Source: Myxococcales bacterium | Lineage (GTDB): Bacteria; Myxococcota_A; Polyangia; Polyangiales; Polyangiaceae | Assembly (NCBI GenBank): GCA_043747615.1 | Contig: JAYTOU010000016.1 | Coordinates: 1 to 64,000, forward strand | Direction: 5' to 3' | Length of the DNA stretch: 64,000 bases | Part shown: positions 39,578-48,121 of the stretch, piece after piece | How positions within the stretch are numbered: position 1 is the stretch's first letter | Layout: every line of letters starts with the position of its first letter | Program-made: the position numbers and the translations under genes | The notes under the pieces: model-generated | The model's database searches: none | What the model was told of the DNA's origin: nothing | Seen by the model: only the letters and a program-made list of their open reading frames with translations

Positions 39578-39610
39578 GTCTGACCCGAGACATTTAGAGG
39601 AATTTCGCAC

Positions 39611-41266
39611 ATGCAGCTTCGCGCCGAAGAGATCTCGCAGATCATCAAGAAGCAGATTCAGAACTATGAGAAAGCCGCTCTCACCCAAGAGACCGGCACC
39701 GTTCTCTCGGTCGGAGACGGCATCGCGCGCGTCTACGGCCTCGAGGGAGCGATGGCCGGCGAGCTCCTCGAGTTCCCCGGAAACCTCATGGGCCTCGTGC
39801 TCAACCTCGAGTCGGACAACGTCGGCGCGGCGCTCTTCGGAGACACCGCGGCGATCAAAGAAGGCGCTCTCGTCAAGCGCACCGGCCGCATCATGGAGGT
39901 GCCCGTCGGCGAGGCCCTCATTGGCCGCGTCGTCAACGCGCTCGGTCTGCCCATCGACGGCAAAGGCCCCATCGAGACGGCGCACAAGCGTCGCGTCGAG
40001 GTGAAGGCCCCCGGAATTCTCCAGCGTCAGCCGGTGAAAGAGCCCCTCCAGACGGGCATCAAGGCCATCGACGCCATGGTGCCGATCGGCCGCGGTCAGC
40101 GCGAGCTCATCATCGGTGACCGTCAGGTCGGAAAGACCGCCGTCGCCCTCGACACCATCCTCAACCAGAAGGGGCAGAACGTTTACTGCTTCTACGTCGC
40201 CATCGGACAGAAGCAGTCGACCGTCGCCAGCGTCGTCGACAAGCTCACCCAGCACGGCGCGATGGAGTACACGACGGTCGTCGTCTCGGGCGCGAGCGAG
40301 TCGGCGCCTCTGCAGTTCATCGCCCCGTACACCGGCGTCACGATGGCCGAGTATTTCAGGGACACCGGGCGTCATGCCCTGTGCGTCTATGACGATCTCT
40401 CCAAGCAGGCCGTGGCCTACCGCCAGCTGTCGCTCCTCCTTCGCCGCCCGCCGGGTCGCGAAGCTTACCCGGGCGACGTCTTCTACATTCACTCCCGACT
40501 CCTCGAGCGCGCCGCAAAAATGGCCGAAGAGTATGCGTGCGTGAAGAAGGGCACCACCGATTGGAAGAACATCGGAGACGCCAAGAAGCACTTGGGCGAA
40601 GAGGCCAAGCACCTCGCTGAGAAAGAAGCGAAGGAGAAAGGTCCTGAGTTCGAAGCGCTTCGCAATCCGAACTCCGGAGGGTCGCTCACCGCGCTCCCGA
40701 TCATCGAGACCCAGGGCGGCGACGTCTCGGCGTACATCCCCACGAACGTGATCTCGATCACCGACGGACAGATCTTCCTCGAGAGCGATCTCTTCTTCTC
40801 CGGCGTCCGTCCCGCCATCAACGTCGGCATCTCCGTGAGCCGCGTCGGCGGCAACGCGCAGATCAAGGCCATGAAGAGCATCGCTGGAACGCTGAAGCTC
40901 GATCTCGCGCAGTACCGAGAAAAAGCGGCGTTTTCGCAGTTTGCGAGCGATCTCGACAAGGTCACGCGCGACATGCTCGAACGAGGCGCGCGGCTCGTCG
41001 AAATCTTGAAGCAAGGCCAGTACGTGCCTATCCCGGTCGAGCGTCAGGTGGTCATCATCTACGCCGGCACGAAGGGCTACCTCGACGGGCTGCCGGTATC
41101 GAAGCTCGGAGACTACGAGAAAGAGCTCTACGCATTCATCGACGGCCAACACAAAGACTTCTTCGAGAAGGTCAAGACGAAGAAGGTCCTCGACAAGGAT
41201 CTCGAGCCCGAGCTGAAGACCATTCTCGAAAAGTTCAACAAAGCGTTCGGCAAGGGAACGAAATAG
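39611..41266 (+). CDS. atpA: ATP synthase F1 subunit alpha
   Basis: [47 protein letters not shown]. Confidence 0.99.
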   Translation: MQLRAEEISQIIKKQIQNYEKAALTQETGTVLSVGDGIARVYGLEGAMAGELLEFPGNLMGLVLNLESDNVGAALFGDTAAIKEGALVKRTGRIMEVPVGEALIGRVVNALGLPIDGKGPIETAHKRRVEVKAPGILQRQPVKEPLQTGIKAIDAMVPIGRGQRELIIGDRQVGKTAVALDTILNQKGQNVYCFYVAIGQKQSTVASVVDKLTQHGAMEYTTVVVSGASESAPLQFIAPYTGVTMAEYFRDTGRHALCVYDDLSKQAVAYRQLSLLLRRPPGREAYPGDVFYIHSRLLERAAKMAEEYACVKKGTTDWKNIGDAKKHLGEEAKHLAEKEAKEKGPEFEALRNPNSGGSLTALPIIETQGGDVSAYIPTNVISITDGQIFLESDLFFSGVRPAINVGISVSRVGGNAQIKAMKSIAGTLKLDLAQYREKAAFSQFASDLDKVTRDMLERGARLVEILKQGQYVPIPVERQVVIIYAGTKGYLDGLPVSKLGDYEKELYAFIDGQHKDFFEKVKTKKVLDKDLEPELKTILEKFNKAFGKGTK

Positions 41267-41273
41267 GCGCCCG

Positions 41274-42215
41274 ATGCCTTCGCTCAAAATCATTCGCAAG
41301 CGAATCGCCAGCGTGAAATCCACGCAGAAGATCACGCGTGCCATGAAGATGGTGGCGGGCGCGAAGCTCAATCGCGCTCAGCAGAGGATCGTGGCGCTCC
41401 GTCCATACGCCGTGAAGACCACGGAGATCCTGCAGACGGTGACCGACTCGATGACGCGCAACGGCCCGGCCGACGAGCATGCGGTCGCGGACGACGATCT
41501 CTCCAATCCGCTCCTCGCGCAGCGGCCGGAGAAGAACATCCTCTACGTCGTGCTCACCAGTGATCGTGGGCTATGCGGCGCGTTCAACACCAACGTCAGC
41601 AAGGCCGTCGAACGCGAGTGGCGCGAGAAACGCGACCAAGAGGGCGTCACCGTAAAGTTCGCGACCGTCGGCAAAAAGGGGCGCGAATATTTGCGTCGCC
41701 GAGGCGGAGACGTCGCCCAAGACTTCGTGAAGATCTACGATGGCCTCGATCTCGAAAAATCCCGATTGGTGACGAGCTGGATCGTCTCGCGCTTCGCAAA
41801 AGGTGAGTTCGACGCAATCTACCTCGTCTACAACGAGTTCAAGAGCGCCATCACCCAGAAGGTGACCATCGAGCCGCTCCTCCCGTTGAAGAAGCGCGAA
41901 GAGCCAGCGGCAGATGGCGAACGGAGCAAGGCAGACGACCAGAAAGCGCTGGTCGCCGACCTCCTCTACGAGCCGAACCCGCGCGCCCTCCTCGAACGCC
42001 TGGTGCCGATGTACGTGGAAATCAGCCTGTATCGCGCGCTCCTCGAGAGCCAGGCCAGCGAGTTCGGCGCCCGGATGACGGCGATGGATGCGGCGACCCG
42101 CAATGCCAAGGACATGATCTCCCGCCTCACGCTCGTCTACAACCGAGCGCGGCAAGCAGCGATCACCAAGGAGCTGATGGAGATCATCGGCGGAGCCGAA
42201 GCCCTCAAGGAGTAG
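41274..42215 (+). CDS. atpG: ATP synthase F1 subunit gamma
   Basis: KITRAMKMVA, SDRGLCGAFN, SEFGARMTAM, NRARQAAITKELMEI. Confidence 0.98.
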   Translation: MPSLKIIRKRIASVKSTQKITRAMKMVAGAKLNRAQQRIVALRPYAVKTTEILQTVTDSMTRNGPADEHAVADDDLSNPLLAQRPEKNILYVVLTSDRGLCGAFNTNVSKAVEREWREKRDQEGVTVKFATVGKKGREYLRRRGGDVAQDFVKIYDGLDLEKSRLVTSWIVSRFAKGEFDAIYLVYNEFKSAITQKVTIEPLLPLKKREEPAADGERSKADDQKALVADLLYEPNPRALLERLVPMYVEISLYRALLESQASEFGARMTAMDAATRNAKDMISRLTLVYNRARQAAITKELMEIIGGAEALKE

Positions 42216-42921
42216 CGGTTGGCGGCGGCAAGCGGATTACGAAGCACGTCGGGTAGTCGCTCGTCTTTTCCAGCTTGAGCGTGCCGCCCATCGCGTCGAT
42301 CGTGTGCCGACAAAAGTAGAGACTCATGCGGCTGGTGAGGCTCGCATCCGCGGTCACCGACGACGCCGGGCGCTTCTCGAAGAGATCCGCCTCCTCTTCC
42401 GCCGTGATGGGTGGTCCGTCGTTGCCGACGATGATCTCGACGGGCGACGTGGCGCAGAACTGCCGGCCAGCGATCAAGATATTTCCGCCCGATCGGATGT
42501 AGCGGAGTGAGGTCTCGATCAAGTTCTCGATGACCCGCCTCAGAATTTCTACGTCGGCTTCGACGGAGTCCAGGCCGACCTCTAGCTCGACGTGCAGCTT
42601 CACGCCCCGCATCTCGGCTTCGACCGCGTGTACGTCTGCGGACTTCGTGAGGAGGCTCGCGAGCGCAACCGGCGCCATCTTCACTTCGAGGTTGCCCCGC
42701 TCGATCTTGGCGACGTCGAGGACGTTGGCGATCATCCGAAAAAGCCGGCCACCCGCGTGCCGACAGTCGTAAAGCGCGGCGCGGACCACGTCGAATTTCT
42801 CGTCGCACGGGAGCTGATCGAGCGCGAACTCGATGTTCATGCTCACCGCCGAAAGCGGACCTTTGAGATCGTGCACCAAGCGCGGGGTCGAGTCGTCTTC
42901 AGCGAAGATTCGCGGGTTCAT
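42205..42921 (-). CDS. Sensor-less HisKA-HATPase protein with degenerate ATP-binding boxes
   Basis: H-box LVHDLKGPL; N-box reads NLIETSLRY, G1 reads NDGPPI, G2 GxGLGL replaced by SRMSL. Confidence 0.8.
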   Translation of the reverse strand: MNPRIFAEDDSTPRLVHDLKGPLSAVSMNIEFALDQLPCDEKFDVVRAALYDCRHAGGRLFRMIANVLDVAKIERGNLEVKMAPVALASLLTKSADVHAVEAEMRGVKLHVELEVGLDSVEADVEILRRVIENLIETSLRYIRSGGNILIAGRQFCATSPVEIIVGNDGPPITAEEEADLFEKRPASSVTADASLTSRMSLYFCRHTIDAMGGTLKLEKTSDYPTCFVIRLPPPTATP

Positions 42922-43015
42922 TGCCTCTCAAGAGAACGGGCGAGCCCGCGACATACTTTAGGCCCGGGCGAAAAAATCATCGGCCGATCGCGGATAGAGG
43001 CTTTTTTGAGCGATA

Positions 43016-45094
43016 TTAGGGCGTTTCCAGCATGGCTATCTGGTCGGGGCCCGCAGGGTTCACAAGGGACGTCACATCCCGCACCCCCCCGCTGACCGCC
43101 GAAAGAAGCGGAACGGGCCAGAGGCCGAGCCCCAAGCAGAGTGCGGCGAGCGGCGCCAGCGCGGCCATCTCGCGGACGGTGAGCTCCGGAAATTTTCCGC
43201 CGAACGGCTCGAGCAGCGCGCTCTTTCGCCAGGACTCTTTGAACGAGCCGAGGCACACCCGCTGAACGGCCGAAAGGTGGTACGCGGCGCTCAGTACCGC
43301 ACCCGTAGCGGCGATCGACGTGAGGACGCGGTAGCTCGGGAAAGCGCCCACGATGGAGAGCGCCGTCCCCCAGAAACCGGAGAGGCCTGGCAGCCCGAGG
43401 GAGGCCATGAATGCGAAGCCGAAAAATAGCGTGTAGAGAGGCATCTCGCTGGCGAGACCGCCGAGCTTTTCGATCTCGCGTGTGTGAGCGCGCTCTTGAA
43501 TGGCGCCGACCAAGAGAAGAAGCATCGCCACGATGATCCCGTGGCTGAACATCTGCAAGAGGCAGGCGCTGATCCCTTGCGGCGTCATCGAGCCGAGCCC
43601 GATGAGACAGAAGCCCATTTGGCTCGCGGTTCCGTAGGCGATGAGCCGTTTCAAATCCGTCTGGGCCATCGCGCAAAGTGCGGCGTAGATGATGCTCACC
43701 GTGCCGAAGGCGACCATCGTTCCCGCGGCCCAGCGACTCCCGTCCGGCAGGATGCCGAAGCTCACGCGGAGGATCCCGTAGACACCCATCTTCAGGCCGA
43801 CGCCAGCAAGCAGAATGCTGACCGGGGTGGGCGCTTCGGTGAGGGCGTCCGGCAGCCACGTATGAAACGGGAACATAGGGATCTTGATCGCGAAAGCGAC
43901 GAAGAGCGCGACCCAGACCACCTTGACGAAGGACAGACCGAAGATGGAGAGGTGCTTGGCGCTGTAAGATACACGCATCAGCTCGGGCACCGAGAAACTG
44001 TGGGTCGCCGTGCTTCCGTCGACCAGAAACGTGCGGTCCGCGCTGAGGTGCAGAGCGATGAACGCGAGGAGCATGAGGATGCTGCCGGCGTGCGTGTAGA
44101 TGAAATATTTTACCGCCGCGTACTCCCGCTTCGGGCCGCCCCAGATCGCGATGAGGAAGTAAATGGGTAGAAGCATCGCTTCCCAGAACGCGAAGAAGAG
44201 GACGAGGTCGAGAGCCACGAAGACGCCCATCATCGCGCTCGTGAGAAGCAAGTAGAGAGCAACGTACGCCTTGAGACGCTTGTCGATGGTGAAGCTGGCA
44301 ACGGCACCAACGAAGGCGAGGAGCGCGGTGAGGAGCACCATCATGATGCTCGTTCCATCGACGCCCACGAAGTACTCGACGTGGACAGAACGCACCCACA
44401 CGGCGTGCTCGATGAACTGGAAACCGTCGTTGCCGTCGGCGCGGGTCACGTCTCCGTTGAAGTTTTGAAAGACCCACAAGGCGAGGAGGAGTTGTGCTCC
44501 CGTGATCCCCAGCGCTACCCAGCGGACGGGCTTGTCGTCGGTGTAGCCCGTGTAGCGAAGCCCGAAAATCCCCAGCGCACCGAGGAGCGGAAGAAGAATG
44601 AGAAGCGAGAGCGCGTGCTCGGAGATGAAGCCGAGGCCGCGGGGAACTTGGGCGGTGACTCCCATGGCGACCTCACCCGATGGCTCGTCGGTCGAGGTCA
44701 CGATCACGTGGCCGAAGAGCTGCTTCATCCGGGATTCGTGCTCGGGAATCCAGGTCACGAGCACTTTGCGCGAGGCCTTCGGGGCGATGGTAGCCGTCGT
44801 TCCGCCTCCCTCGGTGAAGCGGGCGGAGAGGCGCGAGGGGATGCGCACGTCCTCTTCGTCGCCGCGGGGGGCGATGCGAGAGACCACCAGCGGATCAGTG
44901 CCGGTGTTCGCGATCGTGAACTCGCCTACGTAGCTCCCCTCCTTGCCAGGGAGCAACGCGAGAGGGCCCGCACCCGGCGCAGTGAGCTCGATCGTGCCTG
45001 CGCTCTTCGTCGCCGAGAAGTGCTCTTGCGCGTGGCCAGGTGCCGCCAGAAACAAAAGGGCGAACGAAAAGAGGAGGGTGATGATTGGACGCAA
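43016..45094 (-). CDS. NuoM-like antiporter subunit with N-terminal signal peptide and Ig-like domain
   Basis: FFAFWEAMLLPIYFLIAIWG, AVKYFIYT, AIKIPMFPFHTWLPDA, LKMGVYG, DLKRLIAY; TTG start. Confidence 0.9.
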   Translation of the reverse strand: MRPIITLLFSFALLFLAAPGHAQEHFSATKSAGTIELTAPGAGPLALLPGKEGSYVGEFTIANTGTDPLVVSRIAPRGDEEDVRIPSRLSARFTEGGGTTATIAPKASRKVLVTWIPEHESRMKQLFGHVIVTSTDEPSGEVAMGVTAQVPRGLGFISEHALSLLILLPLLGALGIFGLRYTGYTDDKPVRWVALGITGAQLLLALWVFQNFNGDVTRADGNDGFQFIEHAVWVRSVHVEYFVGVDGTSIMMVLLTALLAFVGAVASFTIDKRLKAYVALYLLLTSAMMGVFVALDLVLFFAFWEAMLLPIYFLIAIWGGPKREYAAVKYFIYTHAGSILMLLAFIALHLSADRTFLVDGSTATHSFSVPELMRVSYSAKHLSIFGLSFVKVVWVALFVAFAIKIPMFPFHTWLPDALTEAPTPVSILLAGVGLKMGVYGILRVSFGILPDGSRWAAGTMVAFGTVSIIYAALCAMAQTDLKRLIAYGTASQMGFCLIGLGSMTPQGISACLLQMFSHGIIVAMLLLLVGAIQERAHTREIEKLGGLASEMPLYTLFFGFAFMASLGLPGLSGFWGTALSIVGAFPSYRVLTSIAATGAVLSAAYHLSAVQRVCLGSFKESWRKSALLEPFGGKFPELTVREMAALAPLAALCLGLGLWPVPLLSAVSGGVRDVTSLVNPAGPDQIAMLETP

Positions 45095-45100
45095 TCGGAC

Positions 45101-47635
45101 CTACCGTTTCAAGAGGAGATAAAGGAGAACGGCGACGAGGAGTACGCCGCCAATCGCCGCGAGGGGCCTTATACGATCACTCGTCGCTGCCTTCTCCGCT
45201 GCGGCTTCAGCAGGAGCGTCGAGGAGATCGGTGTCTACCCGACCACTCACCCACGCGGTGGCGCGGATCAACACGCCGGCCCCGTGGAGCACGGCATCGA
45301 TCACCGAGCGGTCCAGATCTACGGCGAGCTCACTCAGCCAAATGACCGGCCGCGCGAAGGCGACCGAGAACACGCGCTCGACGTAGAACCGAGCGTGGAT
45401 CGGCTTGAAAAAGCGGGTCGCACGCTCGCGAGCTTCCCAATCGCTCGGGCGCGAATCGCCGTAACGATCGCGCGACACAGAGAAACCCGCATACGCCGCG
45501 CCGACTGCGAGGAAGGCGATGGCTCCCATGGTCGCGAGGCCTGCGTCATCGAAATGAAAGTGCGCCGCTTCGAACGACGGGGCGAGCCAATCCTCGAGGA
45601 GCGACTCCCCTCGCCCGCCGAGCCACTTCGAGCTGAGGCCAACCACGCTCGAAACGACGCTGATTCCGGCAAGCATCTGGAGGACGTCGAGCATTTTTTT
45701 CGGCGGCTCGCGCGTCTTCGCGGCCTCGGCCTCGGCAGGCGGTGGAGGGCCTTCGAAGACGAGGAAATAGGCTCGCCAGAGGGCGAAGCTCGCGAGCGCA
45801 CCGGCGAGGAGCGCGACCGCGAAGAGAGCCCACCGCGTCTTGTGACCGACGTCGTCGCTGGTGAATGCGGCGACCATGATTTCGTTCCGCGACCAGAACC
45901 CGGCGAGCCCAGGTACGGGCGCTGCGACCACCGCCAAGCACGCCAAGCGAAACGAGCGCGCCGTGATCGGTAGGCTCGCGCGCAGAGCTCCCATCCGCCG
46001 AACGTCTCCCTCCGCAGCGGGCGCCGTGCGGGTGACCGCGTAAGCGGCGAGAAAGAGACAGCCGAGCGCGAAGGTCTCGGTGACGAGATGAAACACGGCC
46101 CCATTCGCGGCGCCGACTCCAGCGCCAAGCATCATGAAGCCGAATTGAGCGACGGCGCTCGAGGCCACGATCCGCCGTAAGTCGTAGTCGAACATTGTCA
46201 TGGCCGAGGCGCTGACCGCGGTGAGCGCACCAATGCCGGCAACCAACGTGGAGGTGCTCGAGGAGAGCGCGAAGAGAAATGACAAGCGAGCGACGAGGTA
46301 CACGCCGGCCGTTGCCGTGGCCGCGATGACGAGCATGAGCGCTGGCCCGGTCGCGACGGACGAATCGAGGAGCCAGGCATGGAACGGGAACTGCGCGCTC
46401 TTGGTGGCAGCGGCGAAGAAGAAAAGAGCGCAGGCCAGGCTGACCACGCCGATGCCGCCGAGTCCGCGCTTGGCGATGAGCGTGTCGCGCACGATTGATT
46501 CGCTTCGCGCATTCTTGAGCACGAGCTCGTCGCGAATTTCACGGAACGACAGAGTCGGCCCGAGGAGGACCAGGGAGAGCTCGCTGTCTCCGCCGGTCAC
46601 CACATGGGCGACGATGTGGTCGTCGAGGCCGGCGCCGGGGTGAATGCGAAAAGTGTGGATTCCGCCGGGGATCGCGAAGCGCACGAACGGAGCACGGAGG
46701 AGATCGTTGCCGTTCATCATCGGCGTGCGAGAGTCGTCGAGGTAAACGAGCGCGCCGGGGTACGTCGCGAGCGTTATGAGCGCCTTGCCGGTTGCCGCGG
46801 GTTTCCCGGCCTCTTTCGGGTGATCTTTGCCGTGATCTCTGGCGCCTTCGTGACCGCGATCATCATCATCATCATCGTCGCGCCCAGCGTGAGCGGGTGC
46901 ACCGTTCGCCGAGACCGCGGCAAACCTGGGATTCAAGTCCGGGATGAACGTGTTGTCGGCCCAGGAGCCTCCGAGGCCCCAGAAGAGCAGCGCGACTCCC
47001 ACGAGCAGAGCTGCGTCCCCCGCGCGATTCACGATGAACGCTTTGACGCCAACACTTGGCTTTGCACTCGCGGTCCCGGGCGAGAAATCGACGAGGGCGT
47101 AGGTGGCGACGGCGACGCCTTCCCACCCGAAGAACAGGACGACGAAGTTGTCGGCGAGCACCACGATGAGCAGCGCGAAGACCAAGAAGTTCATCCAGGC
47201 TAGGGAGCGCCATGCGCTGTCGTCCTTCTCGAGGAGCGGCGCAGAGAACGCGAACACCAGAAACGCCATGGCCGTGACGACCAGGCACATCACGCTCGCG
47301 AGCGGATCGATCGACAGATCGAAGCTCGCATCGAGCTGACCGATCCGCACCATCCTGAAGAGATGCGTGAGGAGGAAACGCCCACTCGGAGGAAGTTGCG
47401 CGAGAAGGTAGAGGTGTGCACCGGCGACTCCGAACGTGCCGAGCATCGTGCCGAGAGCGATCTGCCGAAGCGTCTTCGGGGCCGGACGCGGGGCCTTCGG
47501 ATTTTCGCGATGATTCGCGTGGTAGCCGAGACCGAGGTACGCACACGCAAGCGCCGCGAGCAGCGGCAACGTGGGAATGAGCCAGAGGTATACCGCGAGC
47601 GTCAGATGCTGGATCGGGCCTTGGGTTTCCGGCAT
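45101..47635 (-). CDS. NuoL-like antiporter subunit with large TM6-TM7 insert and degenerate core
   Basis: IDPLAS, LADN...FFGWEGV, KAFIVNRAGD, KSAQFPFHAWL, TAGVYLVAR, DVRRMG. Confidence 0.88.
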   Translation of the reverse strand: MPETQGPIQHLTLAVYLWLIPTLPLLAALACAYLGLGYHANHRENPKAPRPAPKTLRQIALGTMLGTFGVAGAHLYLLAQLPPSGRFLLTHLFRMVRIGQLDASFDLSIDPLASVMCLVVTAMAFLVFAFSAPLLEKDDSAWRSLAWMNFLVFALLIVVLADNFVVLFFGWEGVAVATYALVDFSPGTASAKPSVGVKAFIVNRAGDAALLVGVALLFWGLGGSWADNTFIPDLNPRFAAVSANGAPAHAGRDDDDDDDRGHEGARDHGKDHPKEAGKPAATGKALITLATYPGALVYLDDSRTPMMNGNDLLRAPFVRFAIPGGIHTFRIHPGAGLDDHIVAHVVTGGDSELSLVLLGPTLSFREIRDELVLKNARSESIVRDTLIAKRGLGGIGVVSLACALFFFAAATKSAQFPFHAWLLDSSVATGPALMLVIAATATAGVYLVARLSFLFALSSSTSTLVAGIGALTAVSASAMTMFDYDLRRIVASSAVAQFGFMMLGAGVGAANGAVFHLVTETFALGCLFLAAYAVTRTAPAAEGDVRRMGALRASLPITARSFRLACLAVVAAPVPGLAGFWSRNEIMVAAFTSDDVGHKTRWALFAVALLAGALASFALWRAYFLVFEGPPPPAEAEAAKTREPPKKMLDVLQMLAGISVVSSVVGLSSKWLGGRGESLLEDWLAPSFEAAHFHFDDAGLATMGAIAFLAVGAAYAGFSVSRDRYGDSRPSDWEARERATRFFKPIHARFYVERVFSVAFARPVIWLSELAVDLDRSVIDAVLHGAGVLIRATAWVSGRVDTDLLDAPAEAAAEKAATSDRIRPLAAIGGVLLVAVLLYLLLKR

Positions 47636-47665
47636 TCGAGCGACGCGGAGGCTAACCCAAAAGCC

Positions 47666-48073
47666 TCACTTGCAATAGGAATCGCAGACCCGGGCGAGAC
47701 AGCTGTTCAACTCTGTCGTCACGGCCGTGCATTTAGCGTGGTTCACGTAGCAGTTGTCCTGGCAGTCGCAGTCGCTGGCGCACTTGCCCACGCAGGCACT
47801 GAGGTCGGGCGAGCAGTCCATCTCGGCGGCTTTCGCCCTGTCTTCCGTCTCGCACAAGCCTTCGTAGCCCTCGTGCGAGCAGTCGCACTTCAGCGAAGCG
47901 CGGGCGTTGCAGTTGGAGCACGGGGTGGTGGCTAGGTGAGTCCAGCCGGCGCGTTGCGTGCAGCTTGCATGTAAATCGATCACCACTGCGTCTTGGTGCT
48001 TCGAGGCACACGCCATCACTGCCAGCGACCCCCAGAGAATGAGCCAAACGGGGGAGCACCACTTCCGTGTCAT
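47666..48073 (-). CDS. Cysteine-rich lipoprotein (16 Cys after the lipobox Cys)
   Basis: Lipobox VMAC; repeated CxC, CxxC and CxxxC; no CxxCH. Confidence 0.75.
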   Translation of the reverse strand: MTRKWCSPVWLILWGSLAVMACASKHQDAVVIDLHASCTQRAGWTHLATTPCSNCNARASLKCDCSHEGYEGLCETEDRAKAAEMDCSPDLSACVGKCASDCDCQDNCYVNHAKCTAVTTELNSCLARVCDSYCK

Positions 48074-48121
48074 GATCCCTGACGTAGCACGCTCGCAGGC
48101 CTGACGCGCTTGACGGACGGC

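Noticed and set aside
39476..41371. 631-aa minus-strand ORF, and similar long shadow ORFs (20486..22207, 44381..45973, 1339..2337)
   Set aside because: Antisense shadows of well-supported genes, expected from GC-rich codon bias; no recognisable motifs
42930..43015. Terminator between nuoM* and the pseudo-HK gene (A6...T6 flanks)
   Set aside because: No convincing GC-rich stem next to the U-run
46859..46879. (ATC)6 microsatellite as a phase-variation tract
   Set aside because: Trinucleotide unit keeps the frame; simply encodes the Asp run
47666..48073. Multiheme cytochrome or NuoI-like ferredoxin
   Set aside because: No CxxCH and no CxxCxxCxxxCP motif; has a lipoprotein signal
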